From Octopus sinensis (taxonomy: Eukaryota): 64,000 nucleotides of DNA. Below, one piece after another: positions 24,396-39,054 of this stretch; positions within the stretch are counted from its first letter, which is position 1; each line of letters begins with the position of its first letter. Position numbers and translations under genes: made by a program. The notes under the pieces were generated by a model. The model did no database searches. It was given only the letters and a program-made list of their open reading frames with translations, and was not told where the DNA came from. Location: NCBI RefSeq assembly GCF_006345805.1, contig NC_042997.1, forward strand, positions 60,388,001 through 60,452,000, read 5' to 3'.

Positions 24396-25327
24396 ATAAT
24401 TGGAACACTAGATTTTGTTAGTAAATGCTTAAAGGAGAATCTGGATAAACTGGGATTTTCAGAAAGAGAAATCGGCCGGCTGATTCGTACATTATAAGTC
24501 CAATCTGTGATTGAAACAATAAAATATGCAAGACTTTTCTCAAGTTCCAAATGTGAATTTGTCTGTGTTAACTACATCCCAAAGATGGAACTTTGTATCT
24601 TTGCTGGAAACCGGCTCCCTCCTCAGTGGAAGATTTATAATAATTAAAAAATAGAAGAGACATATACATAGATACATACATAATAGATACATACATATAT
24701 AAAGGCATTAATAAACGTGGAAAGGGAGTTTAAGTATGAAGAAGCTTATTGATGTATGGATATATGTGTTATGCCTATGTGTGTGTTGAAATCTATTGTG
24801 GTCCTTAATGTGGGCCAATGACTTGAAGATAAAAGTATACATCTCGTTTGGAATATATTTCTCAACATTAAAAAATACTTTGCATACCAACCGATTACTT
24901 ATATGAGGTTATACATACGTACAGGCTTACACTTATATACTTATACGCATGTGTGTATATACAAGCGGAGACACACTACCAGTTGTATATTTATTTACAT
25001 TAGAAGCAAGGACAGTAGATTTAATAATGTCGCTGTCGCTTTATGATTTAATGACTATCTTAGACAGAATGTATTTCGACTGCTTCAGCAAACGCGCGCG
25101 TAAGCATGAATACATACATATATGTGTGTATATATATATACACAGAATAAGCATCTATGTGTGTGTGAGAGTACTTGGGAACTAAACATACATATCCATT
25201 TACATATATATATATATAAACACGCATACATGTATACACATGCACACACACACGTATATACACATATACACATATTTATATGAAAATATGTGTGTGTGTG
25301 TGTGTGTGTGTGTATACACACACACAT

Positions 25328-25501
25328 AGGTGCAGGAGTGGCTGTGTGGTAAGTAGCGTGCTTACCAACCACATGGTCGTGGGTTCAGTCCCACTGCGTG
25401 GCACCTTGGGCAAGTGTCTTCTACTATAGCCTCGGGCCGACCAAAGCCTTGAGAGTGGATTTGGTAGACGAAAACTGGAAGAAGCCCGCCATATATATAT
25501 G

Positions 25502-25542
<41 letters not shown>

Positions 25543-25745
25543 TTGTGTGTCTGTGTTTGCCCCCCACCAAACATCGCTTGCCAACCGATGCTAGTGTGTT
25601 TACGTCCCCGTAAATTAGCGGTTCAGCAAAAGAGACCGATAGAATAAGAATAAGCTCTGGGGTCGATTTGCTCGATTAAAGTGGTGCTCCAGCATGGCTG
25701 CAGTCAAATGACTGAAACAAGCAAAAGAGTAAATGAGTAAAAGAA
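25328..25745 (+). mobile_element. SINE family A, full length
   Basis: Head ggtgcaggagtggctgtgtggtaag..gggttcagtccc, core ggcaccttgggcaagtgtcttctac and tail gactgaaacaagcaaaagag. Confidence 0.9.
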
Positions 25746-25754
25746 TATATACAC

Positions 25755-25793
<39 letters not shown>

Positions 25794-25914
25794 AGTTCTG
25801 TGTGATGTTATGTGTGTGTGTGAGACATAAAGTCACATTTAATTAGTCGTGATTATTCAAAAAGCTAAATATGAATTTACATTCAAATAAACATTCCAAT
25901 GAACGCAGCAGCAA

Positions 25915-25939
25915 CAGTGGCTAGTAGTAGTAGCTGCTG

Positions 25940-25977
<38 letters not shown>

Positions 25978-26075
25978 GGTGGTTGTGGTGGTGGTTGTGG
26001 TGGTGGTTGTGGTGGTGGTTGTCGTCGTCGTCGTCGGCGTCGGTGGCGGCGGTGGCGTCGGCGTCGTGGAGGTGG
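25915..26075. repeat. Compound trinucleotide run (TAG/TTG/GTG/TCG/GCG)
   Basis: Direct reading. Confidence 0.9.
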
Positions 26076-26214
26076 TGTGATAAATGGCAGAGACAGTGTA
26101 AAACAGCAGACAATGCGTTGCTGTATTTAGTTACGTCTCTTTACGTTCCGCGTTGAAATAACGCCGACACTGGCTTCATATTTCACCCTGTCGTGGCTCG
26201 ATAAGATATAGCTT

Positions 26215-26331
26215 GTAGTAGTAGTAGTAGTAGTAGTAGTAGTAATAGTAGTAAGTAGTAGTAGTAGTAGTTGTAGTGGTGGTGGTGGTGGTGGTGGTGG
26301 TGGTGGTGGTAATGCTGGTGGTGGCGGCAGT

Positions 26332-26381
<50 letters not shown>

Positions 26382-26585
26382 CAGTAGTAGTAATGCTGGT
26401 GGTGGCGGCGGTAGCAGCGGCAGCAGCGGCAGCATCAGTAGTAGTAGTAGTAGTAGTAGTAGTAGTTAGTAGTAGTAGTAGTAGCAGTAGTAGTAGCAGC
26501 AGCAGTAGTAATAGTAGTAGTGGTGGTGGTGGATGTGGTGGTGGTGGTGGTGGGTGGTGGTGGTAATGCTGGTGGTGGCGGCAGT

Positions 26586-26638
<53 letters not shown>

Positions 26639-26691
26639 TAGTAGTAATGCAGGTGGTGGCGGCGGCAGCAGCGGCAGCAGCGGCAGCAGCG

Positions 26692-26725
<34 letters not shown>

Positions 26726-26802
26726 TAGTAGTAGTAGCAGTAGTAGTAGCAGCAGCAGTAGTAATAGTAGTAGTGGTGGTGGTGGATGTGGTGGTGGTGG
26801 TG

Positions 26803-26847
<45 letters not shown>

Positions 26848-26848
26848 T
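26215..26848. repeat. Compound trinucleotide satellite with ~255 bp higher-order tandem duplication
   Basis: The block ggtaatgctggtggtggcggcagtagcagc...agtaatagtagtagtggtggtggtggatgtggt occurs twice (about 26290-26545 and 26546-26815). Confidence 0.9.
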
Positions 26849-27680
26849 TTGGTCCTAGATTAGCAGTGATCGAACAAATGCATTGAAGCCGTTCCTTTTA
26901 TGACTGCCTCATCATATAATTAGAAAATTTCTAATTTCTAATCCAGCACTTCTCAAATTGGGTTTAGAGGAACCCCAAAGTTCCGTGAAAATATGCTGGT
27001 GTTCCGCAAGAAATAGGATCTTTTATTAAAAGTTAATAAAAAATTTATTACATATGCAAATTTGCCATTTCAAAATGATGCTATTATCTGATGTCTGTGT
27101 TCACCTTTTATCCTTTCGGGGTTGATGAAATAAGTATCAGTTGAAAATGTCAATTTTATAGAAGAAAGGATTATCTTTTATGAATGAATTCTCTCTCTAA
27201 AGATATTTTTACTTTATTTAATGTCTAACTAAAATAAGAATGGCTGGGCTTTTCCAAATAATAGGAATGGGATCTGTAATTTTTTGGAAAATCCTGCAAG
27301 TTTTGCTTCAAAATAGATATCCATCACTTGTAACTTAGAAGTGCTCCTTAAGAACTGAAATCAATGTAATCCACTCTGCTCCCCCTCCCACTACCACCAG
27401 ATGTAGTAAATGGAAGCACAGGATAAGTTGGATATCAAAAGACGGTGAAGAGACAAAGATTATCTGTAGCATTGAATCATGTTTTTATCTTCAGAGTTTA
27501 GAGAGCTAAGATCAAGTTTACCTTCGATCTTCGTCGTCTCTCGATAATAAAATTACCAATCAATTACTATTGGATTGCGACAATAGGTTACATCTTCCCC
27601 TGACAAACACTTGGCCATGTGCCAATATATGATCTAATTATCAAAAGCGAAGTGAACTAGAAAAATCGACAGAATGCAAA

Positions 27681-27890
27681 TTAATCCTTTGGCGTTTGAA
27701 CCAACCATAGCTAGCCCAAATATTCTACTTTTTTTATGCTTAAACCAACCAGATCTGGCATCATGTCATTTTAAAAATACACAATCACATCATCGAAATC
27801 TCATAGCTACAAGATAATGCATGATTAATTCAAAACAATGTGAATAAATCAGCATTGCATTTGACAGAGTAACCTGAATGCTAAAGTGTG
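27681..27890. mobile_element. Possible degenerate piggyBac-type MITE
   Basis: ttaatcctttggcgttt at the left end and aatgctaaagtg at the right resemble ttaacccttt...aaagggttaa termini. Heavily decayed. Confidence 0.35.
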
Positions 27891-29007
27891 AGATGCAAAA
27901 CGTCTATTTTTTCTCAGTCTTAGGCACTATACCACCAAGATAAACACTGTTATGAGTAAGGAGAGGGTTATGCACTCCAGCCATGACACGTAGCTTCAAT
28001 TCAATGGTAAGGTAGTTCAAAATATTCGTGGGTTGTTGCATGAGCTTCGACATTTACAAGTTAAAGCGTTGCATATTCCTAACTACTCGCTGTGAATAAT
28101 ATAAATTATTTTCTCACAATACATTGAAACACAAATAGAGAAAATTCAACAATTGGTTTTGCTAACATTGCCTTATAAAAAAAAATATAGCACGTTGTTA
28201 TAAAGGAAATTGACCTCGTCTCCCAGGTTATAATAGAAAGTGATAACTCTGTTACTCTGTCAGTAAAGTATTAACTATCTGAACTTTCCGCTGATACACA
28301 AAAACATCGTGAAACTATATACAATGTTTATTCACTGGAAGTATTGATTTCTAGCACAGCCTAAAATCTTGGCTGATGAAATAGTCGATGAAGAACAACC
28401 TTCAATTCATTACTGATACTAATTTTGTTGACGGAGAAACGACAAAGTTGGCTTTGGTGGCATTCTGAATATGAACGTAAAGAGACGTAATTAAATACCA
28501 CTTGGCTGTTTGATCGTCTGTTGCTTAAAGATATATGTAAAAAGCAGCCAGAGACATGGATTGTATGGACACCTTCTAATTAGAAAAAGAATCTTACAGA
28601 AATATTTCAATGAAAATAAAAATGCATGTACATAGTTCTGTGACAGAAGCCATACATCAAATTCTTTTGTGGCGATTATCTGAAGATAATCTGTCTTACA
28701 AACATTCGAAAATGTCATTTAAAGTTACGAACAAACACATTCACCCAGAACTAATATAGAAACTTCAGCTTCACTACTAAGGTTATAGATTTTCATTCAC
28801 AATCTTAATCGATGATTCAACTCAAGAAAATGAAACATTGTAAGAGTAAACATTTTCATTAATCAAATAATTATCTAAAAGAAACTGCAAAATAGAACTA
28901 ATTGGGATCTTACAAATATAAATAGTCAGTGGAACGTGTAAACCATTTTAGAGATTCTTCTGTTGAGTCTACTAAAGAGGCATATCCATTCATAAGTGTG
29001 TACAAAA

Positions 29008-29042
<35 letters not shown>

Positions 29043-31679
29043 TCATTTACATAGACCTCATAATGTTAAAAACACAAGAAAACAATTTTGTCCTCTTATA
29101 CAACGGAAGACTTCAATATATATTTTTTCTATTTTTTCTTTTTGATAACAGAAGCTCAATATATTGAAGTAAAATTAAATGGGGGCTTGTGATATTCATA
29201 ACGTTCTCATATTGATTACTTACATCAACACAAGACGTGAGAAGAAATGAAAGCGTGTAACATACACACTTTTTCAAGGGCACCAGAAATGTAAAAAACA
29301 AAGTGAAATAAAATTAAGACGAATTATGATCTTATCTCTGCCAGACGACAGTAACTAGTCTCAAAAATAATGATTTGTTTTTAATATACAATTGATTTTT
29401 TTTCTTTAAATATATATAAATATAAAGAAATCTCAGACATTTATCTACTAAACGAAAAAAAGTGAGATAAGTATACTGCAAAATTACCACGTTGCGATAA
29501 TAGATGTTGGTTATGTCAAGCTGGTGTGAAATATTAAATTCATATCACCATCTGTCCAAACAGCAAAATATAACCTTATTCTAAGGCATGACATCATTCA
29601 CAAAATTCAGTATCTCACAGTTTATAGCTATTTGAATGTGAACTAAAGAATCTTATCGAGCCGAATTGAGTGCTATTCATCTAATTTAAAATATGAATGA
29701 TGCCTAAATATACATATACGTATGTTGATGCTATTAACATTGAGAAGCTTCCAGATCCACCACTCTTAATAACATCCCACAGATTTGAACTGATTCTGTA
29801 CAATGTTTAGAAAGGCTTGCTTGTACCTTGCTGACTTACATTTTCAACTTCACATTGATGCTATGTCTACTAAGCACTTCTACCTCTTTGCACGGCATGA
29901 GACAACCAACCGCTTTACTGATATTTCTTTATCAAAATATCTCACTTGATTGAACATGCTGCCAAAATACACAAACCCAAAATTTACCTGGTGCAGTTAG
30001 GTGAAGAGATTTTCTTTGAGGCTAATAATGATTCCCTGTATCAAGTAAGCGGGTGTGAAGTGATTTACATATTTTTCTTGGTGTGGCGTACAAAAGTACG
30101 CCACGCGTACGATTATTTTCCTGCAACAAATTTTATTTAACATTTCCTGTGGTGTTTACAAGTCGTAAATATGTTACAATCTACTTATTTGAATATAGAC
30201 ACTTGTAGTCTCGGTATTTTTGGAAGTAATTTGAAATACAATTATATTAGTACAGCAGTGATTTTAAAACAATGACGAGTTCTGCTAGTATCTTCAGTAT
30301 AATATTTCTTGTTTGATGGAGTCGAAAGCCTTCATTCACCAAAATTGTCTCTGTTGCTATTTTGGTGATTTGACAAGCTTCCAAGCCTTACTTTCCAGAC
30401 GGAATCTTTTAAAATGTTTACATGTTCAAGAATTTGGGTAGAAGGTGAAGAAGATTAATTGTTTATGGCCCATAAAGGTTATTTCGGATCAAGATCTTTT
30501 ACAAGAGTAAATAGAACATTTTTGCTAAAATGGACACTGGAAAATTAGAAATTAATATTTAATATTTAATCAAAATTTAATGAATAAAGATGATGTTACA
30601 CTGCGAAATGATTCTTTGAAAGCTAAAAACAATTTGTAATATTAAAGAATGAAAGCACCGTAATATTGGGAAAAATTCAGATTCTCAGGTGAAGTTAAGA
30701 TACAGTTAGTAAATTTTTGTGCATAGATTTTGATTTCTTTTGATTAACCTTCTGCTAAAGCAATTAAATTGTTCCCATTTTAACAGTTTTTCAGACAAAT
30801 CAGCATTTTAAAATAGATCCTCGTTACTATCCTGTATCTAAATTCTACAAGCTTCGATATATTTTCAAATACTAACGGCAATAGATTACTGAATACCAAA
30901 TGGAAAATTTGCCATGATCGTATCTTATGCACTGATCACCATTGCCTAACACTTCAAGCTTAATACTTATGAGCGTAGCATTATCTTCTCTATTGCTCCA
31001 AGCGGTAATTTAGCCGATAAGAGAGACAATCAATCTATTAGCAAAGCCATTCGTATTACATTATCTATATTCATTCTTTCCATTTTGTTTCCGTTTAGAC
31101 TATTTTAAAAATATTGTTTACTTTGTATATAGAAAAATTTCTGAAAGTCTCCACCTTCCTGTTTGTCATTTGAATTAGTCACGTCAAACGTCATTTTTAA
31201 AACATTTCTTCCTATTGCAAAACAGGAAAACGTCAGTTTGTGATTCCTCCGCAATAATACTAGATTATCTAATCAAATCAGTGACCGATTAATTATCCAA
31301 AATCATGAACATTAGGAGGCCATCAATATATCAGTGACCCCAGTATGAGCCCCAAAGAATCTGGCACTCTAGTTATGTTATAATCATACGAGTTTTGGCC
31401 TTCATAAACTTAAATCAAGCTCGCCACCATAGACAGTAGCAAAACCTTTCATCAAATTCATTAATTCCAAAGATAATTTCTTGCCATTTACCTCCACAAA
31501 TATTCTCAAATGCACAGAACTAATCTCCGTTCATTTGTCTTCATCCAAGTCCGAATATCAACCATTTGATACTGCATTACCCAACCAGTCTACCTTCCAA
31601 CCAGTATCACTTCCCACCTCCTGCTTTAAGAAAATCCTATGTCCTGTCTCCTTAAATATAATGGTTGCTAACACTGCTA

Positions 31680-32655
31680 ACACATTCTACATCCACACAT
31701 CCAATCTCCTCTGCCCACTATTCTTAAGAGAACCGTTGGGGTTAGAATCCTCAGGCACCTCCTCCATAGGGTCCTGTCAGAAACAACTGTCATTAGGCAG
31801 TTGGATTCCTAAGCGTGACCAACTGAGACTCTGAATATTATTCAACCACTTCGATCTTGGTCTACCCCTAGGTTTCCTTCCAGTTAACTCGGCTTAACAA
31901 ATCCGTTACGCGATTCTTTCCTGTGATATTCTAATCACATGTCCGTAGTACAGAGCTGTGTCCTCTCAATGCAGAGAATTAGTGGCTCAACCGGGGTAGA
32001 CTCTCTGATTTCTGAACTACGCACCCTGTTGAATAACGTTAATCCAGAGACCCTTCGAAGGAACCCCATTTCAGATACTTATATTCGTGCTCGTACTCTT
32101 TTGGTCATTACCCAACAGCCATCACCATATTTGAAGATAAGCACGAACACCGACTTAAAGATAACGAATTCGGCTTTTTTGCCGAACTCTCCTCTGAGGA
32201 TCGAATGCTGGAGATGGCGTATTACTGTGTCAGCACCTGCAATTCTAGCATCTTATCCAACCTCCTGCTTCTCATTACTCGTAAATACAGTTCCGAGATA
32301 CTAAAACTTCTCCACTTGCCTCAGTGATGTTCCACTAACATGCGGACTACATTGGGAAGACTTTCTTGGGAGGACCCATGTCTCAGTCTTCGCAACACTA
32401 ATTCTCTTCCCTATCTTGCCGCACTCGGTTGCGAACCCATTTAGCGCATGCTGGTTATCACTTTCTGATGAGTCAAGAAGCACCATGTCCTCTACAAATA
32501 TCAGCCGAGTGATCTTGCACCCACTAATTGTAATACTACTTCCACAGTGGCTGCGCATATCAATCCAGTTCATAAAGATTATGAAAAGGAGAGGTGACAC
32601 TATACATCCCTGCCATAGCTTGGTGCCTAGCGCGAATACTCCCACCAAAAACTGC
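31680..32655 (-). mobile_element. RTE-clade LINE, 5'-truncated (RT C-terminus to 3' end)
   Basis: QGCIVSPLLFIIFMNWI..LIFVEDMVLLDSSESDNQHAL..ISVAKTE..LRQVEKF, then RPRSKWLNNIQSLSWSRLGI. Confidence 0.85.
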
Positions 32656-32659
32656 AATA

Positions 32660-32709
<50 letters not shown>

Positions 32710-32711
<2 letters not shown>

Positions 32712-33024
32712 TATAAGGAGCACTCCGTCGGTTACGACGACGAGGGTCCCAGCTGATACGATCAACGAAACAGCCTGCTCGTGAAATTAACGTGCAAGTG
32801 GCTGAGCAATCCACAGACACGCGTACCCTTAGTTCTCAGGGAGATTCATCGTGACACAGAGTGTGACAAGGCCGGCCCTTTGAAATACAAGTACAACTCA
32901 TTTTTGCCAGCTGAGTGAACTGGAGCAACGTGAAATAAAGTGTCTTGCTCAAGGACACGACGCGTCGCCGGGAATCGAACTCACGACCTTACAATCGTGA
33001 GCCGAATGTCCTAACCACTAAGCC
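32710..33024 (-). mobile_element. tRNA-derived SINE, possibly Nin/Deu-domain type
   Basis: Reverse-strand head ggcttagtggttagg..gagttcgattccc and core gtgtccttgagcaagacac. Central block cttgcacgttaatttcacgagc; the domain assignment is from memory. Confidence 0.75.
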
Positions 33025-34769
33025 ATATCATACACAAGCACATACATGCGCGCGCGAGTGAGTGTGTGTATGATAGAGTATGATACAGTGTGACTGTTTA
33101 AAAGGACAGCCATACTGTATCATCCGACGCGTGAGTTAATTAGGATCTTAGAAGGGTACGTTCGAAATATATATTGCAGTCTCCACCCAATGCCAGTGCA
33201 ATCAGCAATCAACCTGCAACTTGTTTTGGGAGGCGTGGGGGAGGAGGAAAGGTTGCGTGGAATAATAAGATGTCTATTCCTATTGTTTACATGAAATAAA
33301 ATCGATTTGTCCTATTTCTAATTTTATAACGGACTTAAAGAATATTGGACAGAATAGGCGGACAGTAGTTTCAGTAAAATCCAAATTCACCATTGTCTAC
33401 TTTAAAAACAAAATATGATTAATCATGATGTTATTTGTATACTCGTGAGACCGTGTTAACTGGGGAGTAAATTTATCATTAACGACAGAAAAGACTACCA
33501 AAAGATAATACTTTTTAAACAAATATTAGACTCTCTTTGGAGCACACTGACATCAGAGATTAAAACAGCTGTCTTAAAACTTTAACTTTTAAATAGCAAT
33601 AGTTTTTTTTACAGCCTTCATTATGACAGCAGAGATAACGTTTGAAGAAGTGATGCTGCCAAATAATACTGAAACACAATCAAAAGCGAAACAGCGAAAC
33701 AACTCAGAAAACAATCTACTGTGACTCAAAAATAGACGATCTGTATAAACACATATTCTTAGTTTATTCATTGTCTACTCGTTTTCACACCAAGTTTGTG
33801 TGGATATCAAAAATAGAATGCTTCCGAAATGGCACATCTTGGAGGTGTTTTTCTTTATATAAATTTTATTTATCGGAAAGAATGCATCGAAATTGCTTTA
33901 GAATGCGAAAAAAAATAAAACAGAGACTAACCAAAACAGCACCTAGCATTGATCAGCTCTAAAGAAAGGACAGCACAATGATTCAAATGACAGTGACAGA
34001 AAGGCGATCAAATATGTTGGTCGTTATTTGTTGTCACAGGAGGTTGTAAAATGAGAGAGAAGACATATGTTAATAAATTTCCAATGTTTTTCACTTGTAT
34101 ATAAAAACATAGTTTTCCTTTTCTTTTTTTACATTTTCCTAATTTTCACTGTGCTGAATATAAATAAACATGACAGTTTTAGTATGCTACAGATACCGAC
34201 TGTGCCCGAAAATAACATAATATGGTACATACATAGAGCTTTTAATAATATTGAAAATATCTCAAGTACAACTTTCTGTGTGGAGAACGTTCAGACAAGC
34301 GCAAGCTACTATACATGAAATCGTGGATCGAAAATAATTTTTAGGCAACTGAAATGAGAAGAAAATTCATTAGTATTAATGAAAATCATTCTCACGAAAA
34401 ACAGGAGAAAATTCATAAAATTTCCATTAAACAAAACTTATTTAAATTTTACTGTATGTAGAGAGTGAGCCTGGTTTTCGGTATCCATGAGGACTACTCT
34501 GGATAGCAAAGCATAATCAACGCAAAGCTACCTACTACATAAGTTTATAGCTTTAACGTGAAAATTATTTCATTGATTCGACAACTTAAAATAATGACAT
34601 TGGAAAATATCCCAAGGCCTTCTTAGCTGAACACATGTGATCAAAGAGAAACCAATCATAAAAGCTATCATAAAATTGATACAATGTGGTAATGATTTAA
34701 AACTCAATATTTTGGGAATTTTGTAATCGCGTGTTGCTTTTGTCTTCATTTTATTTTTCTATTATTTAT

Positions 34770-34954
34770 GAATTATTAGACTGTGGCCTTGCTAGGGCAC
34801 TGCCCTAACGGATTTAGTCGAACAAATCGACCCCAATACTTATTTTTAAGTTTAATACTTATTCTATTGGTCTCTTTTGCCAAACAGCTATGTTACAAGG
34901 AAGTAATGTGGTTGGGGACAAACCCATACATACATACATACATACATACATACA

Positions 34955-34986
<32 letters not shown>

Positions 34987-35100
34987 CAGCTTTTTTTTTT
35001 TTACTTAATTCACTTACAAGGCATTAATCGGCCCGGGGCTATAGTAGAAGACACTTGCCCAAGGTTTCGCGCAATGGGGATGAACCCGAAACTATGTCTA
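34770..35100 (-). mobile_element. SINE family A with internal (TACA)n
   Basis: Reverse-complement core (ctatagtagaagacacttgcccaagg) and tail. Confidence 0.75.
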
Positions 35101-36979
35101 GAAGTACCTTGTAATTTAATTGAGAATTGATATTTCGATATTTCGTCCACATTTTATCCTTAAACCTTAGTGTAGACAGTTTATTTCCAGGAATATGTAA
35201 ATGTTGACAAATCATTTTTTGTTTGTTTTTTGTTTTGTTTTGTTTTTTTGTTTTTGTTTTAGTTTTTTGTTGTTGTTTTTTCTTTCGTGTCGTTGCAGTG
35301 TCGTTAATTCTCACAGCAGTGACAATACAAGTTAACAATGGATCCTCAAAGTGCTACTCAACGTGCTAGAAATGCAATAAACAGCTGCCAAATCTTCCTT
35401 ATATCCCACCCAACTGTCTTGATTTTTAAAAAAATGATACATTAGATAATTTAGTCAGAGCATACTCCGTCTTTAAAAAATCGGATGGTCATGGCTGGAA
35501 TGCCTTTGATCATAGATCTACTTGTTAGAGTCTATTTAGGTCTAGACAACAACAAAAGCAATCTGTAACGACAAACAAGTCAGTAACCAGCAAAGGTAGT
35601 ATAAACGAATCTTTAGTTAATATAGATTTAAGATTAAACCACGTGCTTATTCTATGACAGCATACTAGTAGAGTAAAGAGCGCCACAACTCACATAGGCT
35701 ACGAATGCTCACGGCTTACATTAATATTTGGGCTAAGTTTACCGTTGTCATCGCAAATATTTTGCTATTGAAATCTTAGATACCTGAGTCTAACCTACCT
35801 GCCTTTCGTCATACCTTCTTACCTATTTTTTTTCACTTGAACACCTGTATCTTCTCGATTTCACTTGTATAATTATCGACTGCTACTTCATCACTTGCGC
35901 TTTCAAGAAATGGGAAAGTATTAACACGTTCAACACTAACAACAACTGCAACAATAAGATCAGTAACAATATAATTATTAGTCGTGGAATAATGTGTTTT
36001 TTATAGTTCTGACTAGCTGGGCCTGAATCCAAATTACCTATAGAATTTCACTTTCTTTTTTGCGTAATTTGAATGAGTGCGAGCGGTAAACGCGGTGTGA
36101 AGTGATATCAATCAGAGATGAGGCTGTACCAAGTCATTAACGTTTCTTGTTTGGGAGGGGGGGTCCAGCAAAGTCATATTTATGTATTTCATTTTTGTGA
36201 TTCTAATTGGCAAGCACCAGTCATTTATTTGGTCCCTCAATGATTCTAGTGGTGTAAATTTACATATGATAGCAAATATCTTCCCCTTAAGTTATACTAT
36301 TGCAACTATTTTAATTCAACTCTGAAAGTTAGCCATGCATTTGTCCACTGTATATTACGTACGATATGAGGAGCGATAAGTTATACTTTACCACGGATTT
36401 CTTTTTATTAAGAGGTGGAATCAGCGAAAGTTAAATATCATAGAGCAAAACAGTTGCTTTTGAAATATGCGAGATATCACTTCAAGCTCACAAAATACAG
36501 TATAGATATTTATTATCTATAAAGGGGGATTTTATATACTGAGGTGCACTCAACCAGCAAACGCATACGTAGATGTATCTCGCATAAAACCAAAATAGTT
36601 TACCGCCTTATCTGCCTCTTTGCTTTAAGAAGAACGAGCTCATATTCGTGCCACTCTTGTCATCAACAATATATTTCAACTGTTTGTATGAGTGGGTTGA
36701 GTAAATTGAATATTTAGTTGAACAGGCTTCGTATTTACTGAGCAACTTATTTAATTTTGTTGAACTCTGTTCTTTTTATTCCTACATTTAACGTTTCACA
36801 TAAATATAAACGACTCAAATTTATAGAGAAATGGTTATATGAGCTTATAGGTTGTTAGACAGAGAAAACGGGTCTGTCCAAGAAACAGTACCGATTGTTC
36901 TTGAAATATATACACTTCTCAACATGCGTAATAATTATTATAGCTTAGATTTTAAGCTGTCATTATTATATCATCGTGC

Positions 36980-37200
36980 GAAGGCGGCAAGCTGGGAAAA
37001 TAGTTAGCACGCCAGGCAAAATGCTTAGCGGCATTTCGTCTGTCTGTTCATTCTGAGTTCAAATTCCGTCGATGCCGACACTCCCTTTCATCTTTTCGGA
37101 GTTGATAAAATAAGTACCAGTTGAGCACTGGGGGCCGATATAATTGACTTACCCCTCCCCCGAAATTGCTTTCGTTGTACCAAAATTTGAAACTATTATT
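36980..37200 (+). mobile_element. SINE family B variant
   Basis: ggcggcaagctgg..gttagcacgcc..ttctgagttcaaattcc..aataagtaccagttg. Confidence 0.8.
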
Positions 37201-37984
37201 ATATTATCATCTCATCAAAGGTGGTGGAGAAACGGAAATGGTAAAGCGCTGGACTAAAAATATTGTATAATATTTAGCTCCGTTATTCAGTGCTTTGAGC
37301 TGCGCTAATAAAATAAATACTAGCTGTATTCATCCAAATTACCTATAGAATTCATTTAAAACATCCAAAGCAGAATAATTTAAAAAGCAGAATGATTTAA
37401 AATCGTTAAAAATTAACTGTTGCACATACTGTTCTTCACAATGAAACACATAGATAGTACAAATACATTCTGACTTTATTACACGCTTCTCTCTCAATAC
37501 AAATGACTCCTTTCCTACCCATTATAAGGATCAAAGTCTGCTGCGTAATACAGCTGGCATGTGCTGACTTTGGTGGTACACAGTAACAACGAAGATAAGT
37601 TACGCTGTTAATTTACTTCTAGATACTGCTTACTGAGGCAGCAATAACAACTTAAGCAGTGAGTATATTGCCCAATTAACATTCAAGGGAATATGCCCAA
37701 TTAACATTCAAGGGAATTTGCCGAGTGGATGAGTGCTGCAATTTCTTCCGTGTACACATAGCGGACAGTCACTGTACTGAAAGAAAGAAAAATAAATCTA
37801 TACCCAAAAAGTTCTTTTTCCCCTTCATGCTGGGGAAATTTCTTAGATAATCATGTTGATCAACTACGTACAACTGCGTACACGTTTCTAAACTTGTCAG
37901 CTATTACAGGTGGGAAATAACTTCCATTTCAACCATGCAAGCAATTTTGTAGAGCTATTCAATTTAAGGAAAGCAGAATTAAAG

Positions 37985-37985
<1 letters not shown>

Positions 37986-38082
<97 letters not shown>

Positions 38083-38115
38083 CATGCACACATGATACAT
38101 ATGTATGTATGTATG

Positions 38116-38167
<52 letters not shown>
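37986..38167. repeat. (CT)n and (TA)n microsatellites
   Basis: Direct reading. Confidence 0.95.
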
Positions 38168-38170
<3 letters not shown>

Positions 38171-38279
38171 CTGGCCATTTTTTTCTCGTCTTCTAAAGAG
38201 TATTTACCCGATTTTATAAGATGTCTTCACAGACATCTTGCGTTCGAGAATTTATTATTTTTTCTATTCCAAAGAATGC

Positions 38280-38446
38280 TTTATCGATCACATTCTCACC
38301 TGGAATCGATTTTTGTAATTTTTTTCAAGACTTATATACGCCCTGATACCGTCGGTATCTACATATCAAATTTGAGCGCAATCGGATGGAGGATGCCCGA
38401 GATCCTAGAAGACACACACACATACAGACAGCACGGATTTTATATA

Positions 38447-38479
<33 letters not shown>

Positions 38480-38970
38480 AGCAGCTAAACCAGGTTTCAC
38501 CCGGTCTGTTTGGATGATGTGACTGTAAAACCTGCTCCGTATATGCATTCGACTTGTTTGGGCATACTTACGCTAAAAAACAATTTTAGAATGACTTTTT
38601 TCTGTCAAAACGCTAAAATTAACTGACCAACAAAAAAAAACAACCAAGATTCAACCAAATCCAAAAGTAAACCCAAATACTAAGCGAACAAAGATGAACC
38701 ATCCCATTTCCATTCCGCGCGCACGCACACAAAAACGCGCGCGCGCATTCACATAACCCCCTTTCTTTTTCGTTCATAAACACATGAGTATTATTATAGT
38801 AGATTATCTCGGAAACCATAGGAGCTATAATAAAAAATAAAAAGCCCAGCAACACCACCAGATCATTCTACATATCTGTGTAATTTTTCGCGCAATTCCA
38901 CCCAGCCGTTTGACCGTGAATGCCAAGACAAGAAAGAATCGCCCATGTCAAATTTATATATGTATATATG
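38280..38970 (+). mobile_element. Two adjacent Helitron/Helentron-type non-autonomous element pieces separated by (TA)n
   Basis: 3'-type end aaatttgagcgcaatcgg..cacatacagacag..tatata (to about 38450), then a new 5'-type start actagcagctaaaccagg..cccgg (38477). Architecture recalled from DINE-1-like elements. Confidence 0.5.
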
Positions 38971-39054
38971 ATCAATTTCTTCATATCAGAGAGTTATTTT
39001 TTCATTCAAATAGATGTAATCATTTTTCTTAAGGTTTTTTTATGTAGCACCATA

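Noticed and set aside
25899-26886. Poly-Val/Ala/Ser/Gly/Pro/Leu ORFs
   Set aside because: Translations of trinucleotide repeats, open in several frames and broken by indels, with no splice or start evidence.
28368-28452. CTGATGA with a distant GAAAC...GTT
   Set aside because: No stem I or stem II complementarity.
37669-37718. 25 bp tandem duplication (also a 23 bp one at 53435-53480)
   Set aside because: Two-unit local duplications without spacers; not CRISPR-like and probably slippage or repair scars.
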